A DNA stretch of 64,000 nt from Planctomycetota bacterium. Its GTDB lineage: Bacteria > Planctomycetota > UBA8108 > SXIK01. The position numbers and the translations under genes were made by a program. Location: NCBI GenBank assembly GCA_965223265.1, contig OZ244999.1, positions 2,304,001 to 2,368,000 of the forward strand, read 5' to 3'. Below, one piece after another: positions 10,704 to 19,776 of the stretch. Under the pieces are notes generated by a model. It saw only the letters and a program-made list of their open reading frames with translations. It was not told the origin of the DNA and did not search any database. Positions within the stretch are counted from its first letter, which is position 1. Every line of letters begins with the position of its first letter.

Positions 10704-11000
10704 CCGAGGCTGTGAAGTTTTTGGAGCCTGCCAGCGTAACTCATGGTCACGCTCCACGGTCCACGGTCAGTTCACGTCCGGAACGGCACACGGCGTGTGC
10801 CTGCTACTATCAAGACGTCGCCACCACGATCTTCAAAGTAGCAGGCACACGCCGTGTGCCGTTCCGGCATTGAGCGCCAAGCGTGACCGTGAATGTGACC
10901 GTGAATTACGTTCGAGCGCCCCAAGAACTTCACAGCCTCGCCGTGTGCCATCCGAGGAGGACCGTGGGTTACGACGGCACGTTCAAAAAACTCACAACCT
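10704..11000. repeat. Nested inverted-repeat element with a central GTAG-type REP doublet (REPIN-like)
   Basis: Perfect 31-bp arms 10778-10808 and 10837-10867 (ccggaacggcacacggcgtgtgcctgctact). Outer IR cgaggctgtgaagtttttgg / ccaagaacttcacagcctcg (10704/10940). Homolog at 42692-42903. Confidence 0.8.
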
Positions 11001-11084
11001 CTCTCGATGTCGCTCTTGCCATGAACGGCGTGTCACCTGAGAATTGTGACGTGAATTTTCTGCATCACCCCAAGAGTTAGTGAG

Positions 11085-14000
11085 ATGACCCGCAAAGGAC
11101 CGATTGTTTGGATTCTCGCCGGCCTGCTTGGTTTGGGCCTTGGTGCGCCTGTGCGCGCAGTCGACTGTAATGGCAACGGGCTCGAGGACGCCGAAGATCT
11201 TTCGGCGCAGACGAGTGAGGACTGTAACGACAACGCGATCCCAGATGAATGCGAAGGCCCGCCGCTCGTTTTTAGTTCGACGCTGCGGCTGGAGGTCGAC
11301 AACGTCGCGCGGCAGATCATGCCGGGCGATTTCGACCTGGACGGACGGCAGGATTTCGCCGTCGGCACGTCGCGGTCGCTTGTTCTCAAGCTCAACGATG
11401 GTAGCGGCACAGCGGAAAACTACCCGGAAACCATCGTCAGCGTCGACAGTCTTGGCCTCAGAGCCTGGGCGCACGGCCATTTCGACGCGGACGACAGCAC
11501 CGATTTCGTCGCCCTGGACACACAAGGACCGTGGGTGCTCCTCGGCGACGGAGTTGGGGGAGTCCAGGCGCCGCTCAGGTTGGAGCAGGCGAGCGGAGGC
11601 AACCAACTGGCCTGCGGCGACCTTTCGGGCGACGGTGTCGACGATCTGGTCATCGTCACCAGTCGCCCGCAGGCACTGGTCACCGTCCTCGTGGCGGCGG
11701 GCGACGGAAGTTTTGGCCCCGCCGCAAGTCTCCTCGATGGACTGGGGCCAACGGCGGTCGGGCTTGGAGACCTCGACGGCGACGGTGCGCTCGATCTCGC
11801 TGTCCTGCACCGATCCCTCGCAGCTGTCTCTGTCGTCATCAACGACGGCGCGGGCACGCTCGTACCGGCCGCGCCGCTGACGATTGGCGGCGACAACCCT
11901 GAGACGCTTGCTGTGGTCGACGTCGACGCCGACGGTCTTGCGGATCTCGCCGTCGGCGATCGCGTCGGTTTCCGCCTCTATCTCAATCAGGGTGGCACCT
12001 TCAGCGATGCCATTGACCTGGTACACGCCGGCGCGGAGACTTCCGCGCTGACAGCTGGCGACTTGAACGGCGACGGCAACGTCGATCTTGTCGGCGCACT
12101 CCGCGTTCCGCGGAGCGTCGCTATCTTCACCGGCACAGGAGATGGTCGCTTCAACAGCGGTTTTGGACCGAGCCTCGATACCTCCAGTGTGGGCCTCGCG
12201 GTCGCAGACGTTGACAGCGACGCGGCGATGGACGTCATCACCATTCCGTTCGGCCTCAAGCGCGTCACAGCATTTCGAAACGACGTTCAGAGCCGCTCAC
12301 TGACGGTCGACCTGGGCTCGCCCATCACGTACGTCGCCGAAGGCAGACCTCACACCGGGGAGGCGCTGGACTTCGACGGTGACGGCGACGTGGACGTCGT
12401 CACCGGCAATAGCTTCGACCAGACGATTTCCGTGTTGAGGAACCAGGGTGACGGTACCTTTGTCGCTACCGCCCTGCGGTTGTCAGTGACCGCCTTTTCG
12501 GTTGCTGCGGGTGATTACGACAGCGACGGCGACGCCGACCTGGGTGTCGTCGGACATGGAAATCGGATTATCCTTTTTGAAAACAACGGCAACGCTGAGT
12601 TCGACATGGCGGGCGGGATCCCGCTGGGACAAACGGCGTTTCACGTTGCCGCCGCCGACGTGACGGGAGATGGCCGCGTCGAGTTCATAGCAGCGCTTCG
12701 CGGCGGTGACGCGGTCGCTATCGCTCAGAACACAGGTGGCGGCTCGTTTGGTCAGACGAAGCGGTTTGTTGTCGGGCGTGCGCCACGTGCTGTCGCAGCT
12801 GGCGATTTCGACGGTGACGGCCTTGTCGACATCGTGACGGCAAACGAGAATTCAGCGGACCTGTCGGTGCTTTTCAACGACGGCGTTGACGGTGAAACGG
12901 TGGAGTTTCTCTCGCCTCTACAGGTCCCGCTGGCGTCAAGCCCCTTCTTCGTCGCTGCTGGAGACGTCGACGACGACGGTCATGTCGACATCATCGCTTC
13001 GAGCGAGGTGGGTCGAACCGTTTCGGTGCTGTGGAGCGATGGCGCTGGTGGGTTCTTACCGCCGGCGACTTGGGATCTCGTGCACCAGCCCTACTCGCAC
13101 ATCGCGGTGGACCTCACCGCTGATGGGCTCCTTGAGATCATCAGCGTCGCCGAGATTTCCGACCGCACCGAGAGCACGACTGTTGTGCTTGAGAACCTCA
13201 GTGGTCGCACATTCGGACCGTCGAAGCGATTCCGCGTCGGCTCGGGGCCTCGATTCGTCGTTGCGGCAGACTTCGACGATGACGAATCTCTCGACCTCAT
13301 GAGCCTCAACCGAGGCTCGAGCGATGTGACGGTGCTCCTCAACGAGTCGCGCCCGTCCTCCGAGCTCGACTTCCTCGAGACAGTTTGCACAGAGTCTGAC
13401 TATTTCAGCATTTCATTGCCAACGAGTCGTAGGACGAGTCGTCGTCGCATTGGCAAGTACGTCGCACCGGCACGCGATGGTGAGGGGTTGCTTGGCCCAC
13501 TGTTTCAAAACGCGAACACGTTCGAGCTGCACGAGGAGTTTCTCGGGACGGTATTCCCGGAGGAGTTTGGTTTTGTTCTGGAGGACCCGGCGGCCTACGA
13601 CGACCTGGTGGGGCGCCGCGCAACGCGTGACTACTACGTCGGGACGCTGGATCTCCGGCAGCGCCCAGAAGGTTTTCTCTACACGTTCAACATTTTCGCG
13701 GACACGGGTTTTGACAGCCGCGAGACGCTGAGCCAAGAGGAAGTGGGTTCGGTGTTCGAGCGTTTGAGCGCGTCTTTTTCGCTGCGTCCACTGGCGTACG
13801 CCCCTGAGACGCAGCTGGCAAAGGCAGCTGCAGAGGAGTGGGAGTCGGCACCGTTTCCGATTTTCTTTGACGACTCCCGTCCAGCGTTCGACTACGAGGC
13901 TTACACGCTGTCTGTGGGCTACGGTCGAGTGCGTTTGCTGACGCTGGAGGAGTTTTCGGAGCTGAACTCAGTGGGCCGTTTCACGTTTCAGGACATTTTG

Positions 14001-16562
14001 GTGATCGACGAGTCGCCTGCAGATATCGAAGGTGTGGTGGGCGGTGTGATCACGGGAACGATTCAGGGCGAGCTGAGCCACGTGGCGATCCGCACGGCGC
14101 GGCGCGGGACCCCGAACGCTTTTGTAGCGAACGCTCGCGAGGAGTTTTCGCAGTACGCCGGTGAGCTGGTGCGCCTGGAGGTGTTCCCGGGAGAGCACTT
14201 TGTGACGGTGGTGGACGCATCGGAAGCGGAGGAGTTTTGGTCTCAGAACCGCCGGGAGCTGTCGAGCGACCCTGAGATCGACACGGAGTACCGCGGTTTT
14301 GACGATCTTTTTGAGCTGGACGTGGAGGCTTTCGGTGGTCGCCCTGAGTCTCGCTACGGTGGCAAGGCGTCGAACTTCGCGCGTCTGCAGCGGGTGCTGA
14401 CAGGCGAGCTGTCGCAGTATGTGGAGTCCGGTTTTGCGATCCCGGCGTCGTACTACACGGAGTTTATGAGCACGAACGAGGTAGAGCTTGGCGGGCGGAG
14501 TCTGACGTACGAAGAGTGGCTGTTTGAGCTTTTGTCGGACCCGGCGATCGAGAGCGACTCTCAGGCTCGCTTTGAAGCCCTGGAGGAGTTTCGCTCGTTT
14601 GTGCGAGCGAACGGGGTAGTGGATAGCGAACTGGTGTCGCTCCTGGCGTCGCGGATCGAGAGCGTGTTCGGAGATGTTCGACGTATGGTGCGTTTTCGCT
14701 CTTCGTCGAACGTAGAGGACGCCCTGGAGTTCAACGGTGCGGGTCTTTATGAGTCGACGTCTGTGTGCGCTCAGGACACGCTGGATCCAGCGAGTCCGGA
14801 GAGCTCTCACTGCGATGCGAGCCGCAGCAATGAGCGGACGATTGAGCGTGCGCTGAAGAAGGTTTGGGCGAGCCTTTGGACGTTCCGGGCGCATGAGGAG
14901 CGGACGTTTTACCAGATTGACCCGTCGCGCGCGGCGATGGGTATTTTGGTGTCGCGTGCGTTTTTGGACGAGTTGGCGAACGGCGTGGCGTTCACTGGGA
15001 ATCCCCGCGATGTGGGGGACAAGCGCTACGTGGTGACGGCGCAGGCGGGTGAGGCGAGCGTAGTGAGCCCTGAGCCTGGTACGACGGTAGAGCGCAGCGT
15101 TCTGGAGCTTGACGAGAGCGGTGAGGTGGTGCGGGTGATCCGCAGCCGCGCGTCGTCGCTTGTGGAGCCTGGTGAAGTGGTGCTGAGCGAGGAGAAGCTT
15201 CGCGAGCTTGGCTCCCTGATGTGGCATGTGGATCAGAGGCTGCCGCTGGACCTTGAGGGTCACGCGCGCGAGGAGGTGATCCTGGACTTTGAGTTCAAGG
15301 TGGAGCCTGACGGTTCGTTGGCTGTGAAGCAGGTGCGTCCTTTTTTGATCCCGAGCGCGTCGATCCAGACGCCGACGTTTTCGCTGGAGGTTCCGGCCGG
15401 TACGCGGGTGTGCGGAGTGTTTTCCGCTGAGCGTGTGAACCGTGAGCCTCGTGTGGAGTATGAGACGAAGAGCGTTGTGGAGCTGCGGGCGGGAGTGTAC
15501 GAGCTGGCGACGTCAGGCGGAGTGATCGAGGCGGACTTGATCGAATCGCTACGCTTTGGCTCGGAGCGCTCGCTAGCGCAGCCGCTGGGCCCTGGGCGCT
15601 TCACTGTGACGCCGATCCCCGAGGAGGGTAGCCGGACGAACTACCGCTTCAGCTACGAGCAGGAGTTCGAGCTGGCAGCGGATGGGAGCACGTACGCCGG
15701 GGGGCGTCTTTTGGTGCAGATTCTGCAGCTGGACTACCTCGGTCGCGGTGAGGTGGCGCTGGACGGCGCGAAGGTGCTGGACGATGAGTTTTTGACGTTC
15801 GATCTGGTGATGGGGGCCTCAGTGGACGGTGAGCCTCTGGTAGGCTACTCCTCGTGCAGTTACCGTGAGCTACCTCGCTGGGAGCTGTCGGTGGATCTTG
15901 GCGGTGGTTCGCGGGTGGATCTGGTGGAGCGGTTTTTGCCGTCAGAGAACCTAGCGGCGACAGGCCCCGCGAGCTTGGTGGAGGCGGTGGTGGAGCTTGG
16001 TGGAGTGCGCCAATCGACGCGCGACTACTGGCGCCTGGTGTACACGGCGCGTCGTCACAACCTGGATGCTCGCTACTGGGTGGAGCTGGATCCGTTGGTG
16101 GAGGTTGAGGTGCAGGGCGAGCCGCGGGCGGTTCGGGTGGTGGAGCTTTTGGCGCCGGAGCCGCCGATCGGTGAGGATGTGGACGTGGGTTCTGCGCGGG
16201 TGCGGTACCTCGATGAGAACCTGGAGGTGCTCGTGGACCGGGGAGTGGTTGGCTTCGCGAAGTCGGAGCGGGAGGTGGAGCCCGGAGAGCGCTTTGTGCG
16301 CGGCGACGTGGAGGGTGACGGTCGAGTGGACGTGAGCGACGCGATCGCGCTGCTCAGTTATCTGTTCAAGCGCGGTGCGGCGCCGAGCTGTCAGAAGGCG
16401 GCCGACGCCGACGACAGCGGTCGCCTGAACGTCAGCGACGCGGTGACAGTGCTGCTGTCGCTCTTTGCCGGCACCGGGCCGCTGCCGCCGCCGGCGAGCG
16501 TTTGCGGCGAAGACCCTACCAGCGACGCCCTCTCGTGTGAGACGTTTGCCCTTTGTGAATAG
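11085..16562 (+). CDS. Paralogous secreted FG-GAP repeat / phospho-His / PPDK-type ATP-grasp / dockerin protein
   Basis: Same architecture as 5095..10581. Divergent FG-GAP N-terminus; near-identical C-terminal ~1058 aa. Confidence 0.85.
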   Translation: MTRKGPIVWILAGLLGLGLGAPVRAVDCNGNGLEDAEDLSAQTSEDCNDNAIPDECEGPPLVFSSTLRLEVDNVARQIMPGDFDLDGRQDFAVGTSRSLVLKLNDGSGTAENYPETIVSVDSLGLRAWAHGHFDADDSTDFVALDTQGPWVLLGDGVGGVQAPLRLEQASGGNQLACGDLSGDGVDDLVIVTSRPQALVTVLVAAGDGSFGPAASLLDGLGPTAVGLGDLDGDGALDLAVLHRSLAAVSVVINDGAGTLVPAAPLTIGGDNPETLAVVDVDADGLADLAVGDRVGFRLYLNQGGTFSDAIDLVHAGAETSALTAGDLNGDGNVDLVGALRVPRSVAIFTGTGDGRFNSGFGPSLDTSSVGLAVADVDSDAAMDVITIPFGLKRVTAFRNDVQSRSLTVDLGSPITYVAEGRPHTGEALDFDGDGDVDVVTGNSFDQTISVLRNQGDGTFVATALRLSVTAFSVAAGDYDSDGDADLGVVGHGNRIILFENNGNAEFDMAGGIPLGQTAFHVAAADVTGDGRVEFIAALRGGDAVAIAQNTGGGSFGQTKRFVVGRAPRAVAAGDFDGDGLVDIVTANENSADLSVLFNDGVDGETVEFLSPLQVPLASSPFFVAAGDVDDDGHVDIIASSEVGRTVSVLWSDGAGGFLPPATWDLVHQPYSHIAVDLTADGLLEIISVAEISDRTESTTVVLENLSGRTFGPSKRFRVGSGPRFVVAADFDDDESLDLMSLNRGSSDVTVLLNESRPSSELDFLETVCTESDYFSISLPTSRRTSRRRIGKYVAPARDGEGLLGPLFQNANTFELHEEFLGTVFPEEFGFVLEDPAAYDDLVGRRATRDYYVGTLDLRQRPEGFLYTFNIFADTGFDSRETLSQEEVGSVFERLSASFSLRPLAYAPETQLAKAAAEEWESAPFPIFFDDSRPAFDYEAYTLSVGYGRVRLLTLEEFSELNSVGRFTFQDILVIDESPADIEGVVGGVITGTIQGELSHVAIRTARRGTPNAFVANAREEFSQYAGELVRLEVFPGEHFVTVVDASEAEEFWSQNRRELSSDPEIDTEYRGFDDLFELDVEAFGGRPESRYGGKASNFARLQRVLTGELSQYVESGFAIPASYYTEFMSTNEVELGGRSLTYEEWLFELLSDPAIESDSQARFEALEEFRSFVRANGVVDSELVSLLASRIESVFGDVRRMVRFRSSSNVEDALEFNGAGLYESTSVCAQDTLDPASPESSHCDASRSNERTIERALKKVWASLWTFRAHEERTFYQIDPSRAAMGILVSRAFLDELANGVAFTGNPRDVGDKRYVVTAQAGEASVVSPEPGTTVERSVLELDESGEVVRVIRSRASSLVEPGEVVLSEEKLRELGSLMWHVDQRLPLDLEGHAREEVILDFEFKVEPDGSLAVKQVRPFLIPSASIQTPTFSLEVPAGTRVCGVFSAERVNREPRVEYETKSVVELRAGVYELATSGGVIEADLIESLRFGSERSLAQPLGPGRFTVTPIPEEGSRTNYRFSYEQEFELAADGSTYAGGRLLVQILQLDYLGRGEVALDGAKVLDDEFLTFDLVMGASVDGEPLVGYSSCSYRELPRWELSVDLGGGSRVDLVERFLPSENLAATGPASLVEAVVELGGVRQSTRDYWRLVYTARRHNLDARYWVELDPLVEVEVQGEPRAVRVVELLAPEPPIGEDVDVGSARVRYLDENLEVLVDRGVVGFAKSEREVEPGERFVRGDVEGDGRVDVSDAIALLSYLFKRGAAPSCQKAADADDSGRLNVSDAVTVLLSLFAGTGPLPPPASVCGEDPTSDALSCETFALCE
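13386..16562 (+). repeat. Copy 2 of the 3177-bp coding module
   Basis: Aligns to 7405..10581. Confidence 0.95.
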
Positions 16563-16849
16563 TGGATGGGGGCCGTCTTCGCTGCTGCTGATGCTGACCG
16601 ATTCCTTCATGTGCTAGGGAAATGGCAGGTAGCGTGGGAACGGTGCGTTCAATCCGTGGGATCTGAGTTGCCTAGGCACGTCTTTCTCGATACGATAAAA
16701 CGTTCATGTCGGGTGCGAGTGGGTTTGTTGGGTCACCTCCTCCTGAATTCTGTTCGCCGCTAGCTCTCTGTCTCAAGCTGGCTTTCGACCTAAGGCAGAC
16801 AGACGGAGGAGTGATAGGTTTTTTTCTCGGTTCTGATGGGAGGGTTGGT

Positions 16850-19465
16850 ATGTCTAAGAGACAACCACTGATGCTCTGCTTGGCTCTTTTAGCCGTCACC
16901 ACGGCGCCGGTTGGCTTTGGTCAGGTCACGAACGTTTTCGACGATTTTTCGACTGATCCGTTTGAAGAGGGTAATCCGCGCTGGGGACGGAACCAGTCGG
17001 ACCCCCACACGGCGGCCTGGATCCCACCGGAGGCGCCTCTTTGCGTCGGGACGCTCCCGGACTTGACTGAGATTTTCTCACCGTACTTCGAGTGCGGCAA
17101 TGATCAGCAGCCGGCACCCAATAACTTTCCGTGCTCGATCTACAGCGAAGCCAACATCGAGGACATCGGCGAGGTCCCCGCGAACTTCGGATTCGTCGCG
17201 CTCAACTCCGGTAAAGATCAGCGTTCGAATATCTACCAGCGCGAGCGCGTCACCATCGCCGACGTCCAGGTCCGCATGATCCTCGAAGCCTCGGGTGGTT
17301 GCCGATTCGACAACCCCGCGGACGGCTTCGGCGTCACGCTCGTTGAGCTGCAAAACGAGCCGCTCCTCGGCGACGGTGGTGGTAGTAACGGCGTCACGGG
17401 CTATGTCTGCCCGGAAGGCCAGGGCTGTCACGAAAACGACGGTAACAACGACGGCGTCCTTGACGGTGGTCAGCAGATTATCTTCGAAGCCGACGTCAAC
17501 GGTGGTAACGCGGGCGACGCCCGAAGTGCCACGCGCGAAGACCACGTCGGTATCTACTACGTCCCGCAGGGTGCCCCCGGTGGGAACGTCCCGCCGCCGC
17601 CAAACGGCCCGACGATCCTCATGCCCGAGGGCGTGCTCCTCCACAGTCGTACGAACATTATCGATGCGCAGGCTGACTACGTGCCGAACCGCTTCGAGAT
17701 CACGGCTTTTCTGAAGGGACAGACCGCGGCGATCGAGCTTGACTTGCTCGACCAGAACATCGACTTCGGCCGCGTCGCCCAGGTGACCTTCGACGGCCTG
17801 TCGTCGTTCGAGGGTTACGTCGTTGCCGCGGGCGCCACCGGTGGCCGTGACGCGGCGAACTACCTGCACGAAATCGAGATCAGCGCCATCGAGGGCGAGT
17901 GCGACGTCATTCCGGCGCCGGCAGCCTTCACGCACCGCTTCACTGGTCTGCAGGACGACGAGTGTGGTGACTTCGTTCCCGGTCAGAACATTGGTGTCAA
18001 CGTCGACATCGCGAATCTGCGCGACATCGGTGCGTGCCCGATCGACACGACGGTTGTGCGCGACACGCTGCCGCTTGGGTTCACCGTCGCCGGATCGCCC
18101 AGCCAGAACGGTGTCATCATTCCTGCCGCGGATCCGGACGTTGACCGCACCGCCGTTGAATGGACACTGACGCCGGCGCAGATCAACGCTGGCGTCGCCC
18201 TCAACTACACCGCAACCGCAAACTTCCCGGATGCGGAAGAGACCGAGTTCGAGTTCAACCTGACCTACTCCGAGCTTGCTGTCAGCGACGCCCGCGCCGA
18301 CGTGGACATCCTGTCGCCGGTTGGCGGTTTCGATCCGTTCTGCGGCGGAATCACTTGCTGGAACATCCTCGGGCCGTTCCGCAATCCGTTCTGCGATCCC
18401 TCTTGCATCGAGGAAGACGGCGCCGTGCCGTCGCGTTTCCTTCAAGCTGATTGGGCGGTCGCGGACCAAGACAATGACGGCACGGCCGAGTCCGGCGTCG
18501 CCGATCTTGTCTGGCGTCCGGGCCTTCCCGTCAACATCGTCTTCAACGACGATCTCGCTCGCACGGGCGATGACCTGCTCAGTGATGCGTTCTCACCGTC
18601 GCCGGGTCTGCACCCGACGCCGCTCGAGACGACCCTCAACGGCGGTGGTAGTGCCCCGGAAGTGTTCGAGCACACCAATGGTGACAGTCTCATCAACTTC
18701 CAGAGCGAAGTCTTTGGTGGCGTGAACCTCGGCAGTTTCGCCTACGCGCAGTGCTACGTCGAGTCCGACGCCACGCGCGAAGTGTTCGTCAAAGCCGGTG
18801 CCTCGAAGAACTTCTTCGTCGAGCTCAACGGTCGCACGATCATTCAGCGCAACAACTGCCTCGGCATCACCAGCTGCCGCGCCCGGACGTCCGCTTGTAG
18901 CGGCGCTCGGAACCCGGAGAAGTCGGTGGTCCCGGCGGACGTCGATGATCCGAACACCGACATTGACGAGCGCGAGCCGATCACGCTGATCCAGGGTATC
19001 AACACGCTGCTGGTCGGCGTCCACAACGAGGACGACGTCTTCAGCGGCAAGTGGGACTTCTGGATTCGATTCCAAGACAGTGCCGACAACGGTGGTGGCG
19101 CCCTGCCGATCACTGAAGGGCTGACGATTCGTTTGACGCCTGGTGGAACCAACGAAGTCGGTCTTGTTCCTGGTGACTACAACAGTGACGGCGGCCGCGA
19201 CATCTCCGACCCGATCGCGCATCTCAACTTCCAGTTCGGTGGTTTTGAGCTCGATCCGTGTTACGTCGTTGCAGGGACCAATCCTCCCGTCCTCCGGGAC
19301 ACGGGAGTGGCGATCCTCGACTACAACGGCGACGGTAGTGTCGACATCTCCGATCCGATCGGCGATCTCAACTTCCAGTTCGGTGGCACGGGTGTGCCGC
19401 ACGTTCTTGGCGACGTCTGCCGCGTCTTCGATGACGAAGGCTGCATCGAGATCTGTACACCGTAA
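16850..19465 (+). CDS. Secreted protein: L-type (legume) lectin-like domain, Ig/DUF11-like domain, beta-sandwich domain, dockerin-like C-terminus
   Basis: ATG 16850 after GGGAGG; signal peptide. Lectin-like PADGFGVTLV, DHVGI, GYVVAAGATGG; VVRDTLPLG; WNILGPF..AYAQCYV..GINTLLV; GDYNSDGGRDISD / DYNGDGSVDISD. Confidence 0.7.
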   Translation: MSKRQPLMLCLALLAVTTAPVGFGQVTNVFDDFSTDPFEEGNPRWGRNQSDPHTAAWIPPEAPLCVGTLPDLTEIFSPYFECGNDQQPAPNNFPCSIYSEANIEDIGEVPANFGFVALNSGKDQRSNIYQRERVTIADVQVRMILEASGGCRFDNPADGFGVTLVELQNEPLLGDGGGSNGVTGYVCPEGQGCHENDGNNDGVLDGGQQIIFEADVNGGNAGDARSATREDHVGIYYVPQGAPGGNVPPPPNGPTILMPEGVLLHSRTNIIDAQADYVPNRFEITAFLKGQTAAIELDLLDQNIDFGRVAQVTFDGLSSFEGYVVAAGATGGRDAANYLHEIEISAIEGECDVIPAPAAFTHRFTGLQDDECGDFVPGQNIGVNVDIANLRDIGACPIDTTVVRDTLPLGFTVAGSPSQNGVIIPAADPDVDRTAVEWTLTPAQINAGVALNYTATANFPDAEETEFEFNLTYSELAVSDARADVDILSPVGGFDPFCGGITCWNILGPFRNPFCDPSCIEEDGAVPSRFLQADWAVADQDNDGTAESGVADLVWRPGLPVNIVFNDDLARTGDDLLSDAFSPSPGLHPTPLETTLNGGGSAPEVFEHTNGDSLINFQSEVFGGVNLGSFAYAQCYVESDATREVFVKAGASKNFFVELNGRTIIQRNNCLGITSCRARTSACSGARNPEKSVVPADVDDPNTDIDEREPITLIQGINTLLVGVHNEDDVFSGKWDFWIRFQDSADNGGGALPITEGLTIRLTPGGTNEVGLVPGDYNSDGGRDISDPIAHLNFQFGGFELDPCYVVAGTNPPVLRDTGVAILDYNGDGSVDISDPIGDLNFQFGGTGVPHVLGDVCRVFDDEGCIEICTP

Positions 19466-19511
19466 GCTCGGGTTGACCTGAGCCACGGCTGAGAATCGAT
19501 TTCGATTCTCG

Positions 19512-19554
19512 AACACCCGAGTGGGTCCTAAGGGCTCACTCGGGTGTTTTCTTT
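19512..19554 (+). terminator. Intrinsic terminator
   Basis: aacacccgagtgggtcc-taa-gggctcactcgggtgtt hairpin followed by ttcttt, about 45 bp after the stop at 19465. Confidence 0.8.
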
Positions 19555-19776
19555 GAGCCTTTGACGTCGTCGCCCCCGACGGCGAGCCCCCACGTCGACA
19601 CCGCTCTCCACGTCGGAGGATTCCCTTGGTACGATGGAGGGGCGAGGTTCTCTTCGATCGTGTTGGACATCGGGGAGTCCCGCTGTCGAGGTGGACGCCA
19701 GATGGCGCCGGTGAGAGAGATGTTTCGAGTTCTTCAGCATTCGTTTCGACGTGTCTTTGGTCCCTCGGGCGCGCCC

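Noticed and set aside
10704-11000. CRISPR array or attC cassette array
   Set aside because: Repeats are inverted doublets or dispersed; no regularly spaced direct repeats with unique spacers, and no cas or integrase gene.
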